Origin: Diadema antillarum
Taxonomy: Eukaryota
Length of the DNA stretch: 64,000 nucleotides
NCBI RefSeq assembly: GCF_040938485.1
Contig: NW_027270917.1
Span: forward strand, 5,642,001 to 5,706,000
Direction of reading: 5' to 3'
Within the stretch, counting starts at the first letter, position 1, and each line of letters starts with the position of its first letter. Positions 13,407 through 25,009 of the stretch are shown here, piece by piece. The notes beneath the pieces are model-generated. The model did not search any database. It was not told the origin of the DNA and saw only the letters and a program-made list of their open reading frames with translations. The position numbers were made by a program, and so were the translations under genes.

Positions 13407-13578
13407 TACTGTATAACTACATTCATCATAAGGATTAAATTTTTCGCAAATTTCAGGAATCACAGTTGGATCGTGACTGTAGTGCATTTATGATAGCGTT
13501 TGTGTCAATTTGCAAAAATGTCTGTTACCTCTTCATTCGCAAAAATATCTGTATGCGAAAATGACAGCTTATACAATA
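13407..13578. mobile_element. TA-flanked MITE (TACTGTA...TACAGTA family), degenerate
   Basis: TACTGTATA start, ATACAATA end; body similar to 47236-47441 (TCACAGTTGGA, TCAATTTGCAAAAA, AAAATATCTGTA). Confidence 0.7.
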
Positions 13579-13616
13579 TTCTCATACATGTAGTTGTAAT
13601 ACAAAACACACCCACA

Positions 13617-13977
13617 GGGCGGTGAGTTGGCTCAGTCGGTAGCGCGTCTGCCTCACGATCACGCGGCCCGGGTTCGAACCCGAGTCTGGACTGAGCAATG
13701 TTGTGTGTAAACATACCGTCCCCTCTAGCAAGAGGCAAAACACTCTGTCCCTCGGATAGGACATAAAATGGAGGTCCCGTGTATGAGAGAGTCACAGCTC
13801 ATGCACGTAAAAGATCCCGCTTCATTCATTCATCGAAAAGAGCAGGGTGTCTAACCCGGTGAAGTGGTCCCACCGCACATCCAACTGGACCCCATGGAAG
13901 ACCAGCTTAGTGTAGCTGAATATGGGCTATCCAGCCATCTTCACAGATGGAAAATGAACAACAACAACAACAACAAC
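13617..13977 (+). mobile_element. tRNA-derived SINE with Deu-domain-like core and (CAA)n tail
   Basis: A box TGGCTCAGTCGG, B box GGTTCGAACCC; core CGGATAGGACATAAAATGGAGGTCCCGTG...GTAAAAGATCCC...GAAAAGAGCAGGGTGTCTAACCCGGTG resembles the recalled DeuSINE/AmnSINE domain; (AAC)n tail. Confidence 0.88.
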
Positions 13978-16644
13978 CCAGTAACTATAATGAAATGTGT
14001 TTGTTATTCTAAGTCACATTATAAAAGTTTTTGCAGATGAGTATGCACGAATTAAAACTTCTACATCTTTACCTGTATTCTGACTACAAACCAAAACAAA
14101 TTTCTTTTGTTATTGTTCTGTTAAAAAAAAAAATCTCACTCACTAATATTATTCACTCATCATCTTGCACACTATTGAACAGTGAGTTTGATACGTGGTT
14201 AAACAATTCCAGTCAAGCCAATCACTAAACATGAGCTACCCACTCAGTCTGGCTACATGTAGCTGTCTGACTGTCTGTCTGTCTGACCATCTGTCTGCTG
14301 CGTATTCATTCAAATCGATCATTGGAACCATGAATCTTCCTCAACCATCCCTCTCAGTTTTACAGATATATATGAATATATATCTCTGATGAGACGCATG
14401 CCACAATATACCGGGTAGACTGTCTCTTTATCTCTCTCTCTCTCTCTTGACGACAGACTTGCTGGAGTCCCACTCCCTGCGGTGCGAGAATCTTCTGCCT
14501 GACCTGTCGTGTTTTCGCTCCTCTCATTGATGGAATTCATCCAAGCGATTTCTCTGCGCCCAGGGGGAAACAATTCCATTTTGAAAGCAATCAAACACCT
14601 GAGCACCCATGTGGCCCAACCAGAACATGACGCCAAAGGCAGCCAAGTTCACATGCAATAACACAACAGGATTGTCACTTGTACAGTTGTATGTCTGGGT
14701 GTGGTCAAACGACCTCAGTAATAAACCGCAAAAAAAAAAAAGTGGTTGACCTTAATTTCAGAGAAAGAACAGCAGTGCATGTCCACATGTTTTGAGGCTC
14801 TAATTGCCCAATACATGTGTTCGTTCTATTAGCATACAGATGGGTGCATGGAGGATCTCCTCATTTGTGTTACATGGAATATCTTCATATTCATCCCACC
14901 TTTAACACCTTTCCGTACCCCAAATGTACCTCCACTCTATACAACCGTACTATTTCCTACTTTGACACAACACCTTCTTCGCTCGTGACAAGAGCTTTGC
15001 TTTATACTAGTAATTCTTTCAATGAATCGTCAGGTACCTTTGCTGATCACATATTGATTTGAGCAGAAAAACAACACAAAATGATAACTCTCCCTTGTGG
15101 TATTCACAGACCTGTCCAGACTGCGGAATTGTCATTTATAGATCACCCCTGCAGAAATTTGCTTCTCTTGCATTCCCTCAAAGTACAGGTGCATTCATCA
15201 CATTCATGAACATTAGATTTGATGAGACAATATTGCACAGCTTACAATTACAGAGTCAATCTCTCTAAACTTTTTATCCCGTTTTCATAGGAGGGCCTCA
15301 CCACAATATGGTAGACGTAACATAATGGACTTAATTCTGTAGTTTCGTACCATCTCACGTCAGAGAAGCTAAAAAAAAACCTTAAGGAATTAGGCTTTCA
15401 ACATAATCATGATTTAAAAGATTGAGACTAAAATGGATTTTATTATTTGGACAATGATTGTTGTAGTCAAATTCACTTGTTCTGTCATTTTTCTGCGGTT
15501 CTCTTCATATCAAAGTGCATTTAATCTGATCCCAGCACAAGTGCAGGCAGGCCAGCATCACATTTCCTTTTTAAGACCTTTTGCCCATCTTTCAGAGCCG
15601 AGGTCGAGCCCTTGATCTTTCATGTATCCATCCTGACCCCTGTCCAGAACTTCCAACACCCAGCATCGAGCAAGACCAAAATAGACTGACCACCTCTTAA
15701 CTTCACAGTAACTGAGCCAAGTCTTGCCTTTTTATGGCTTGGAGTTCAACGTCAATCTGTCTGTAATCTCCGATGGTGATCAGATATTTCTCTGCCTGAG
15801 ATGTGGTCATTTATATAAAGGCAGCCGTACTGGATGTCCCTCGGCAACATTTCCCTTCTCCGCTTCCAATATTTGGGCCAATGTCACCCAGCGCTGCAGT
15901 GTAGCATTAGAGGAATTTCCTATTCCCCTTGGAGCAGGTCCCAACCGGCTAACTGGCTTTAAGAGTCCTAATTTTCCCCTTCCTAGCTTTCTACAATATC
16001 TTTCTTTCTTTCTCTTTTTTAAAAACATCTAAAAAAATGACATATCCAAAGAAAACTCAGCACCATTCTCACCCACCGGCTTTTGTACGAAGAAAAACAA
16101 AACTATTCCCCCTGCTGATGCCTGAAATGAACACAGGAAATGTGGATATTCATACTGCCCTCTTTTATGTCAGGAAGACAAGCTTGGATCTATATAAAAA
16201 TCCAGACGCAGTGTGAGCTTTAATATCAGGCACAACAAAGAGACACTCAGCCACACACTACAGCACAAAGTTGAAGTTGAATGACACATGATACTAACGA
16301 CATCCTTCTTTGAAGGGAATTTCCACCCATCACTCTTTGATGCTTGTTAAACACTGTATGTTCATGTGTGTGTTTTTGTTTTTGTTTTTGTTTTTGTTAT
16401 TGTTATTTTTATAGGGAAGTCCAATATAAAAGTTTTTGGTTGATATTTTAATGACTTTGCATGTGAGTTTCTATTGGTACATTTTTTCAGAACAGATCAT
16501 ACAATATATTTGATTAATAGTTTCAATAGGATTGATTAGATCTTACATTTCCATTCCTCACGTCATGATCATGAATTTATAAAACTGCAGAAGCTACTAT
16601 TGCAAATGCACAAATTCAGGATGAATGAAAGCAGTCAAACTCAC

Positions 16645-16712
16645 CTGGAAAAGCTGCTTGAGAGAGAAGAGTGCCCTGCGAAGCTCCCTTCCTGTTGAAC
16701 TCAGCAGCTTTT
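16645..16712 (-). CDS. FHOD: FHOD coding exon 4 (68 nt)
   Basis: ttttctacag acceptor; (E)KLLSSTGRELRRALFSLKQLFQ; GTGAGT donor; phase 1 in, 0 out. Matches recalled EKLYNSSGRDLRRALFSLKQIFQ. Confidence 0.96.
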
Positions 16713-17040
16713 CTGTAGAAAAGAAAAGAAATTTGACAAGTTGATTTAGAATCACAAGCGAACAAAATATCACAGAGTTTGTTGTCCTCCTTGTACACTT
16801 TACTCTCATTAAAAACAAAAACAAAAACAAAAAACAAAACTAAACTAAATGTCTGGCAGGATATGTGCCATCCAGATTGAGACAAGAATGACAATTAGCT
16901 TTTAATGAAAAAATACTTTCTCTGTGTGATGTACAACATGTACAGATATTCATGAAGGATTCACAAGTTTACAAGATACAAGATGCCTGTTTTCTTGTCA
17001 TTATGTTTGAAAGCACAAACATATTTTTGTTGCCTGCAAT

Positions 17041-17251
17041 TACTGTAAAACATGATATTTCAGCGGCATGAAATTTTTGTGAATTGAAGCCGACGGCCTT
17101 TTTCACGGCATGAAATTTTCGCGAAGTGCCTGTGGCATTCGATGCATATAGTGTAGACAAGAGCCTTCACAGGCATTTTAATTTTGCGTATCTTGGCTCT
17201 CACGAAATTTGCGAAATTAAAATGCACACGAACATTCCTCGTTTTACAGTA
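17041..17251. mobile_element. TA-flanked MITE, intact
   Basis: TA|CTGTAAAAC...GTTTTACAG|TA termini; repeated GAAATTTTCGCGAA-like motifs. Confidence 0.85.
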
Positions 17252-18084
17252 CCTACACTGTACTCTAGAGAGTTTACTTGCATCTCTAGTACACATTTAC
17301 CTTCTTACTTTGAGAAACTCCTTTAGAAATAGGATAATTGAAATTACCCAAAAAATTATAAATGAATTGAAAAACAAATGAATGAAGTGAGCACCCTGTA
17401 ATGGCCACAACGTTTAAAAAAAAAAATGACAACATTTTCTGACATCTATGGTATCTGAGAGCAAAGAAACTTCCATCTGAATCATTCTTTATTGAAATTG
17501 TCATATAACGGTCAATGATTAACACAAATAGATTTGTCACGATAAAAACTGGCTGATCAGCTACTGTATAACTCACTACACTTCTCAATCTCCACAGACC
17601 TTAAAGGTTGAAATACAACCAAAGACGACACATTTAACTTGAGCCACTCCCGAAGATGGAATTCAATCACTACATTATCAATCACAAGCCAAATAAAATT
17701 GAATTAAAGCTTATTAATATTAGGAACTGAAACAGATAGTTAACTTCGTTCAAACAGTCTTCAACATACTGGACGCATTCCAGTCCACATTCTGTTGTAT
17801 CTGTACATCTAGTCACTGTCTAGTCTGTTTGCACAAATTTGATTTCAAACTGTGTCAAAGGGAAATTCAATTTTGCGATCAATTTCTGGCTAATAGTGAT
17901 GTTTTCACCTCACCAAACTGACAACATTGCATGACACACATGTTATGAATCATACAATCATATACAGGCCTGTGTACAACTGGCTGAGGTGGCACTATCC
18001 TCTTCTCTCTCCCTCTATCTATCTACAGCTTGTATCTATCTATTTACATGTATCTCTATCTATTTATCTGCCTGTCTATCTATC

Positions 18085-18328
18085 TACTACGCCATATATT
18101 TCACAAGTCTAAATTTTCGCAAATCGGGACTTCCCGACAATTTGGCGAGTGGTTTAATTTGCGATCGTGGAGTCCTGTACTGAACGCAGAAATGTATGTA
18201 TACGCATACGTCACATTCATATCGGCATAAGAGTCAATATTTTCGCATGTTTTTAATTTCTCAAATAGCAGCCTACTCGCGAAATTCACGAAAATAAAAA
18301 CCTCGCAAAATATTCCGCGTATACAGTA
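18085..18328. mobile_element. TA-flanked MITE, related copy
   Basis: Ends CGCGTATACAGTA; AATTTTCGC / CGCGAAATT motifs; inserted in a (TCTA)n tract. Confidence 0.7.
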
Positions 18329-20040
18329 TCTATCTCTCTGTCTGGCACATGAGAATGCATAGATCTGCAGTGTCACAAATCTGATCTATCAACATTTGCA
18401 GTATTCATGTCATTTTGTTGAATATAATGTACATCAGCTTTAATATATACATTTTTGTATGCAACTGAATTCCAACTATCCAATCACTTGTGAGGCTTTT
18501 CCTCTTTGTGAACCCCAAGTAAAAATAACATCTCTGTGAGTTTGGATTTGACCGAATTCTGCATCTCGTGGTGTGGTGGGGTGTAGTCTTTAGGAGAACT
18601 CTGTCATGGTGTAACTTGGAATTGAAAGCTTCTCAAATGATTTTACTATACAAAAGTATCTAGACATTGCAGTATTCACAACCAAAATATATACCATTAC
18701 ACCGGTCACTGAGCTTTCAGAATTTCTAAACACTACCACTGTTGATGCAATTGCCATGGTGTTCTTTATCTTAGAATTTATTTTACTTTATGTCATCTAT
18801 GCATTATATATCTTCTTTACTTTTGCAATAACGCATATAATGCATCTCCCTAATTCTTTCAGTTTTTCGAAAATTTGCACAGGCACGCCAAACTTGGCTG
18901 TAAAAATTTGTGGAAAGTACACATGGTTGGGAATAATGCAGACATAGTATGTATCTACTGGGTGGTAGAGAGTGAAGTGTATGCTCGTAAATGAACTTTT
19001 TCCCATAGCTCAAGTTATGAGCACTTCTTCTGCGACATCCACAGGGGTGTGGGCTGGTCTTAAAAAAAAAGCATTCAAACATTCATGCTTTATATACTTC
19101 TTCCTCTTATCACGGACAAGAAAACTTCGCATGCCATATCACACATCTCAACAGCGACTTTTGACTTCAATTGTTTTTATCTCCAGCACTGCATACAATT
19201 TGTAGAACAACATTTTGCTTGCTCCCTCACCCTGCAATTGTGCAGAAGCGAGGAAAACGTGGATAAGGAAGAAGTGCATAAATAAACATGAGTTCTACAT
19301 ACATTGGACTAGATCGCCCCCGGATGTCAAGGAGCAATTTTATCAGCATCTTGTATTTCAGGTATCCTGAAACCTACTTTAGATTTACATCCTGTATGAT
19401 GCGCACCTGACAAAATTCTAATTTGATTGGTCAAAGTACATTTATCATCAGCTAGTATTAGCAATAAAGATCTATACTTTCAAGACAAAAAAAAAGTTGG
19501 TTCAGAATGCTTTAATAGTTGGTTACACAGTAACTCAAACAATTATAACCATGCAAACCTGCTATTAACACAAAGTGTAATTTTACATATTTTTTTGCAA
19601 AACACTGATTAATGCTGATCAAGATGCCTAAACACACAAACACACACACAAACTTGATTTGCCACTACATGTATTTTATAGTTCAGAGAATGCACAAGCT
19701 TTGAATATCACAGAAGTATGTGATCCAAAAAAGACCAAAAAAAAAAAAGTATGTGATCCAAAAAAGACAATGTACATTATGGTAATGCATGCATACATTA
19801 CAATTGTACTTGTAGGTATCCACCACTCCTTGGTCATGACATGTATCAAGCAGGGTTTTCATAATTACACTGACCTTTAGATCAACTTTTGTTTATTACA
19901 ACATGTATGTTTATAGCAATAAAATATAGTTACTCGCAAAGGTACTAAAAAATGAAAATTCTGAAATGTACGTTCCGACTTAACTTCAAAACCAAGACCT
20001 ACTTCAAGATAGTATACGCATGTTGTACTATATTTCATTT

Positions 20041-20074
<34 letters not shown>

Positions 20075-22663
20075 TCAGCCCTCAGTATAATATGTTAGAA
20101 ATCAAATGAGCATCATACCTGGAAATGGCAAACTGTATCAAATGTCAGCGTTCAAATCAATTTCATTACCCTTGCAAATGGCACACACAGTGGACTTCAA
20201 CTCAAGATTGACAAAACACATTACATACATTGGAAACTGGAACTGAATGCATAAACCATACGCACACACAAGGTTGCATGCAGATCATCGTTACGCTAGA
20301 TTGGAAATCTGGGTTACAACACTAATCGACTTTGATACATGATGTACGCTAGCATACTCAGAAAGTAACTCAAAGACATTTCACTTCAGAACTCTCTGGA
20401 AGAAATTGGTGACCTCCAAAACCATATTTAAAAATACCCTACCTGGGAGATCCTTCCCTTTCACGTTTCTGAAATGGTCAATCATGATTTTTTTTTTCCT
20501 TAGTTTGCTCTCTCCTTCCTTCAGTCAGTCATATTCCACAATAAAAGGACACAGATAGGCAACAAGGGAACCACAAGGAACACGCAGCGCGACTGTGTTG
20601 ATAGGTCCGCGGCCAGCCAGTATCCACACGCACAGGTTCAAACTAATCGGCACCGGATAATCCAACGAGACGAGGGCGAGACAATCGGTGGGTACAGATT
20701 CTTCCTGAGTCACGGGGAGCGCAATGGCAGATGAGGTGCCTCACCGCCAGCAATAATATATCTACAATACTATGGAGGTAAATTCCACTTTCCCTCCGTT
20801 AAAACAACTGGGGAGGGGGGTAAAATTGATCTGGTACAGCAGAGATGGTACAAAGAGGAAGAGAGGAGTTATGTACAATGTAGCACAAATCACAGTAAAT
20901 GACTGACATGCCGATTGTGTTGGCAGGGGGATAGCTTCGCTGGGCCGGCGGACTCCCCTTAAGTCACTGCATCCTGTCGTGACGAAATCATTGCGTCGTC
21001 GAGAAATCTCTTTCTCAGGCGGGCGGGAGGCGATTTCGGGAGCCGGCTCTCCGTTGTCGTTGCTGTTTTGTTTCACCCTCCCTGCTACACCCCCTACCAA
21101 CAGAAAACTTTCTGAGAGTTGGAACCGACAGGGTAAGAGAAGGGAAAGGATGAGCCCCTATTTCACGCTGTGAGCGTTGTGGTTTCGACCCCCGTACTGA
21201 GCATGTGCATTAGGGTGCACAGTGGAGAGCAATAGCTAGCTAGTCTCGCTGTTCATATCAAATATAGGCCTTGTATCATTTTTTTCTCAATCCAATTCAA
21301 AGACTATCAAATCTCAAAATTCTCATGAATGAAAACAAATTGAGGTCAAGTAAACATTCAAAACTGCATCAGTTCATTGGACTTCTTCACTCATTCTTCT
21401 ACAACGGCCCCTTCTTTTTCATCAGTTGATTGTTGTGAGCTTTAAGAACAACAGCTTTCTCATTTGTATAGACAGAATTGTGATAAAGAGGACAAAACTA
21501 CAAACATTTTTTTTCGAGATGAGAAGACAGAGCAAAGACCCAGGACCTGGCTTGAAAGAGAGAATAACATCCTGTGTATGTTGTGTATGTGTCATGTTAG
21601 GCCTCCTGCATAATTGATTAAGAGGGATAGCAGAGAAAAGGTATGATGTACCAGACTAGGTACTTTCACTGCATCAACTGTACACTCTGGATGAAGAGGA
21701 TGGGGGAGGGGGGGGGGGGAGGTATGACCAGCATTAGGAATGTGAATTCCAAAGATAGTTGGATGGAGGACAGTGCAGAGAATAACATAGGAATCAATCC
21801 CAGTCCCTGTTCACATCACAAAGTAAACTCATCACCAGTTGGCACTCCAGATAATGATGTCACAGCCTTTATACTTTTAAATCATACACATTGACCTTGG
21901 GGTGAACCCAAACTTCAAGCAGCCAGTTTGACATACCCTGCATGACATGGCACATATCACACTAAATAGAGCGTGATATCCATAACAAACATTATACATG
22001 CAAACTAGCTGGGATGATGTCATGATGTCTCACGAGTCTTCCACTGATTTCTGCAAACATCTTCAGTACATGTATATTTCCTTCACAAAATCATTATCGA
22101 AAGATATGACCTCATTCACATCAAGTTACTCCAGAGTTGTATAGATTTTTACAATGACTTCCCATAGTTGACTTTTAATCAAATAGGGGAATACAGCTGC
22201 TGAATTATTTATACATTTATGCTCTTTCTCCTTAATTTTTCTTCGTAATTGAATGTGGGTGAGTCAATGTAGATCACGTTGAATAAATACCTGGGACAAC
22301 ATTCTTCAGTCCTACTTCTTTGGTTAAAAAAAAAGGAAATCACATCAAGTATATCATCATTTGACTTTTCCATCACTCCCAACTCACTGTGAATTTGATG
22401 CCGTCTGTATGACAATCAAAAAATACATATAAAATTTGCAGGGTACTGCAACACCCAAGCCTCTTGTTCTCAGGGGCTACCAAACTTCGATGTTGGACAA
22501 GAAAAAGGCTAAAAGATTTGCCAAACACTAGTAGAAACAGGATTATCTACAGTATTATACTGTATTATACCAAACCTACATAGCCACACGAAACAATCCC
22601 CTAAAATTAAAAAAACAAAACAAAAACAAGAACTAAACAGAGACTGATCAAAACTAAGAGCTG

Positions 22664-22798
22664 GAGGGCATTTCATGAAGCATTTTGTCATATATTTTTT
22701 TCTGACATATTAGCCCTCAGCCAATCATACATTATATGCAAGGATTGTAACAGTTTGTCAGACAAAACACCCAACAAAAGGTTTCATGAACTACCCCC
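22664..22798. mobile_element. Degenerate palindromic MITE (GGGC-TTTCAT family)
   Basis: GGAGGGCATTTCATGAA...TTTCATGAACTACCCC with central CAGCCAATCA, like 54791-54948 and 61933-62109. Confidence 0.55.
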
Positions 22799-24773
22799 TT
22801 GATACCAAAATTGCTGCAGCTGTGCAACATACTACTAAAAATATACAAACAGAGACGACTAGTATGTATTGCTTTGTTGGGGATAGTCAGTCATTTGTTA
22901 ATTTTCCCATTATTTGTAATCCACTTTATGATTAATTTTAAGAGAATTGTAGCATCTTGCTCTAATCATAAATAGGGCAGTTTCGTCACACTTCAGCATG
23001 GTGCCATGTATTATCACATGATGAGATTATCTGTACAATGTGAAAGGGGACGCCTTGCCTATGGATGCTACCAGCGTGCACCGAGAAGCTTGCCCTGTGT
23101 GTATCCTGGACTCGGAGGTGTGTGTGCGAATCCACTACGATCCTTTGATGGCACGCAGGCCACTTTCCGCATCACCTAAATATACGTTGTGACGCATCCG
23201 CCCAGCGATGGGGCAAAGACAAAGTGTAACATGCGTCATCACAGCCGGACCATGTTGAGATTCCATTGTCTATTGAAAAGACTCGGGAATTTCATATGAT
23301 TTCAAGAGCTGCACAAGTATTTTCGATGTATTTCTGAGGGGTTTACTACTTTCCGGCAGAACCATGGACTTCCATAACCCTAAATGAAAGACAGTTCATG
23401 GGAGAGGTAGCGTCTAGGCTTAAATACCAGGCTGAGTGCAAAGTCCGATGACCTTTTGGCATTAATCATAAATTACTTGTCCAAGTCTAATTCATTTGCA
23501 TTCAGTTACATTGAAAGTACTCAGAGGAGATGCCTACAGGTCAACCACGCAAACTCCCATCACCTATGACAGCCATATCACTCTGGCATCATTCATTCGT
23601 ACTTGGGAACTTGCTTGTAGAAGCAACAAACTGCTACCAACCTCCGTACTACAAATCTTGGACTGGCAAGGTCAATGAAAAAACAGATGCTTAATCAAAT
23701 ATTGACAAGTAATATGTATGCTCAATTGGGAAATCAAATTTTCAAACACACACAAACACACACACACAAAAAAAAAATTGGGCACTGCAATGCATTGACA
23801 TGTGACAATACATTTCCGTGTAACAATCATAATTATGCTACAAACCAGTATCATCTACATGTGATACTCGTATCCCAATGTGTAAAGTTCAATGACCTTT
23901 GACATTATTGGGATTGGCTCACTCCAGCTGTCACCAGTAATTTTTCTTTGCACAACTCATCCACTCAGAATAAATTGATACAATGTTACTGAGTAATTGC
24001 ACAACTATTTGACATTCATGAATCAAGTCCTGCCTGAGATAAGAGCCATCATTATGATCATGCACATGTACAGCAAGACCAAAGGTTGAATTACATTAAT
24101 GTGGATATCAAAAATGTCTTCACATGCGCTATGAGAAGCAGCATCAATGTTATACAAAAGTGTTTGCTTTCAGCCCTTTACTGCATACTTCTGAGGACTT
24201 GTCAGCCTTTATACATGGTGTACTTGTGGTAATTGCTCAAATGAAATAGTCACTCTCTTGTTACCACACCTCCCCCCCCCCCTTTCCACACACACATAAA
24301 CAATAACAAAGCAAAATCCACAATAACAACTGCAAACAAACATTCACACAATTTCAGTTTCCATATCTCTAGATTTCTTCTGAGTCATGTTTCTTGTTTT
24401 GTTCTGCTTTTTGTTTCTCCCTCCTTTTTTTTCCCAAAGGTGTGGCAATATTTTCTACAGTCCTACTGTCCAACTGACATCAATGGTATGACACCTTGAG
24501 TTTGATACCAATCAAATATGTGCACCTATTCTTTGATATCAGACATGGTTTGCAAACAGTGAAGTTTTAATTGTGTGTTATGTCTGCCTACATGTTTCTA
24601 CATTGTACATGTAGTGTCTGAAGTTCTAGTCTGAATGAGGCAAAAAGCATGAACACCTTAAACTCCTTAAAAAAAAACACACACACACACAAAAGAAAGA
24701 TAAATCGAATGTACAAATATTGTTGCCTGTAATAGCCTAATAAGCAGAGATAAATAACTTGTAGGTTACAGGA

Positions 24774-25009
24774 CAGAGCTCAGCTCCAACTTTTTTCCAC
24801 TAGTTGGCCCGAGGGGGTCACTAAAATCTTGTAATCTGAAATTTTGGTGGCCCGAAAAAGAAGTGAAGTGACCTGCGATAAAAAAAAACACAGCAATCTA
24901 CTTTATATCTTTGTTAGGCAACAAAAGATAGTCATTTTCAAAATTTGGTAGCCCAACATCCAATTTTAGTGGCCCCAGGCCACTGGGCCACTGCTAATGT
25001 TGAGCCCTG
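24774..25009. mobile_element. hAT-like MITE
   Basis: CAGAGCTCAGC...GTTGAGCCCTG termini and repeated TGGCCC motifs; TSD unclear. Confidence 0.55.

Noticed and set aside
13617-13695. tRNA gene
   Set aside because: A and B boxes are present, but the sequence continues into a SINE core and tail and I cannot form a complete cloverleaf; it is a SINE head.
15560-16030. Possible retroelement coding relic
   Set aside because: Moderately GC-rich with 73-102 aa ORFs, but no RT, integrase or endonuclease motif is recognisable in any frame.
19714-19768. 22-bp tandem duplication around a poly-A run (similar 19-bp duplication at about 6265-6308)
   Set aside because: Ordinary slippage duplications with no further structure.
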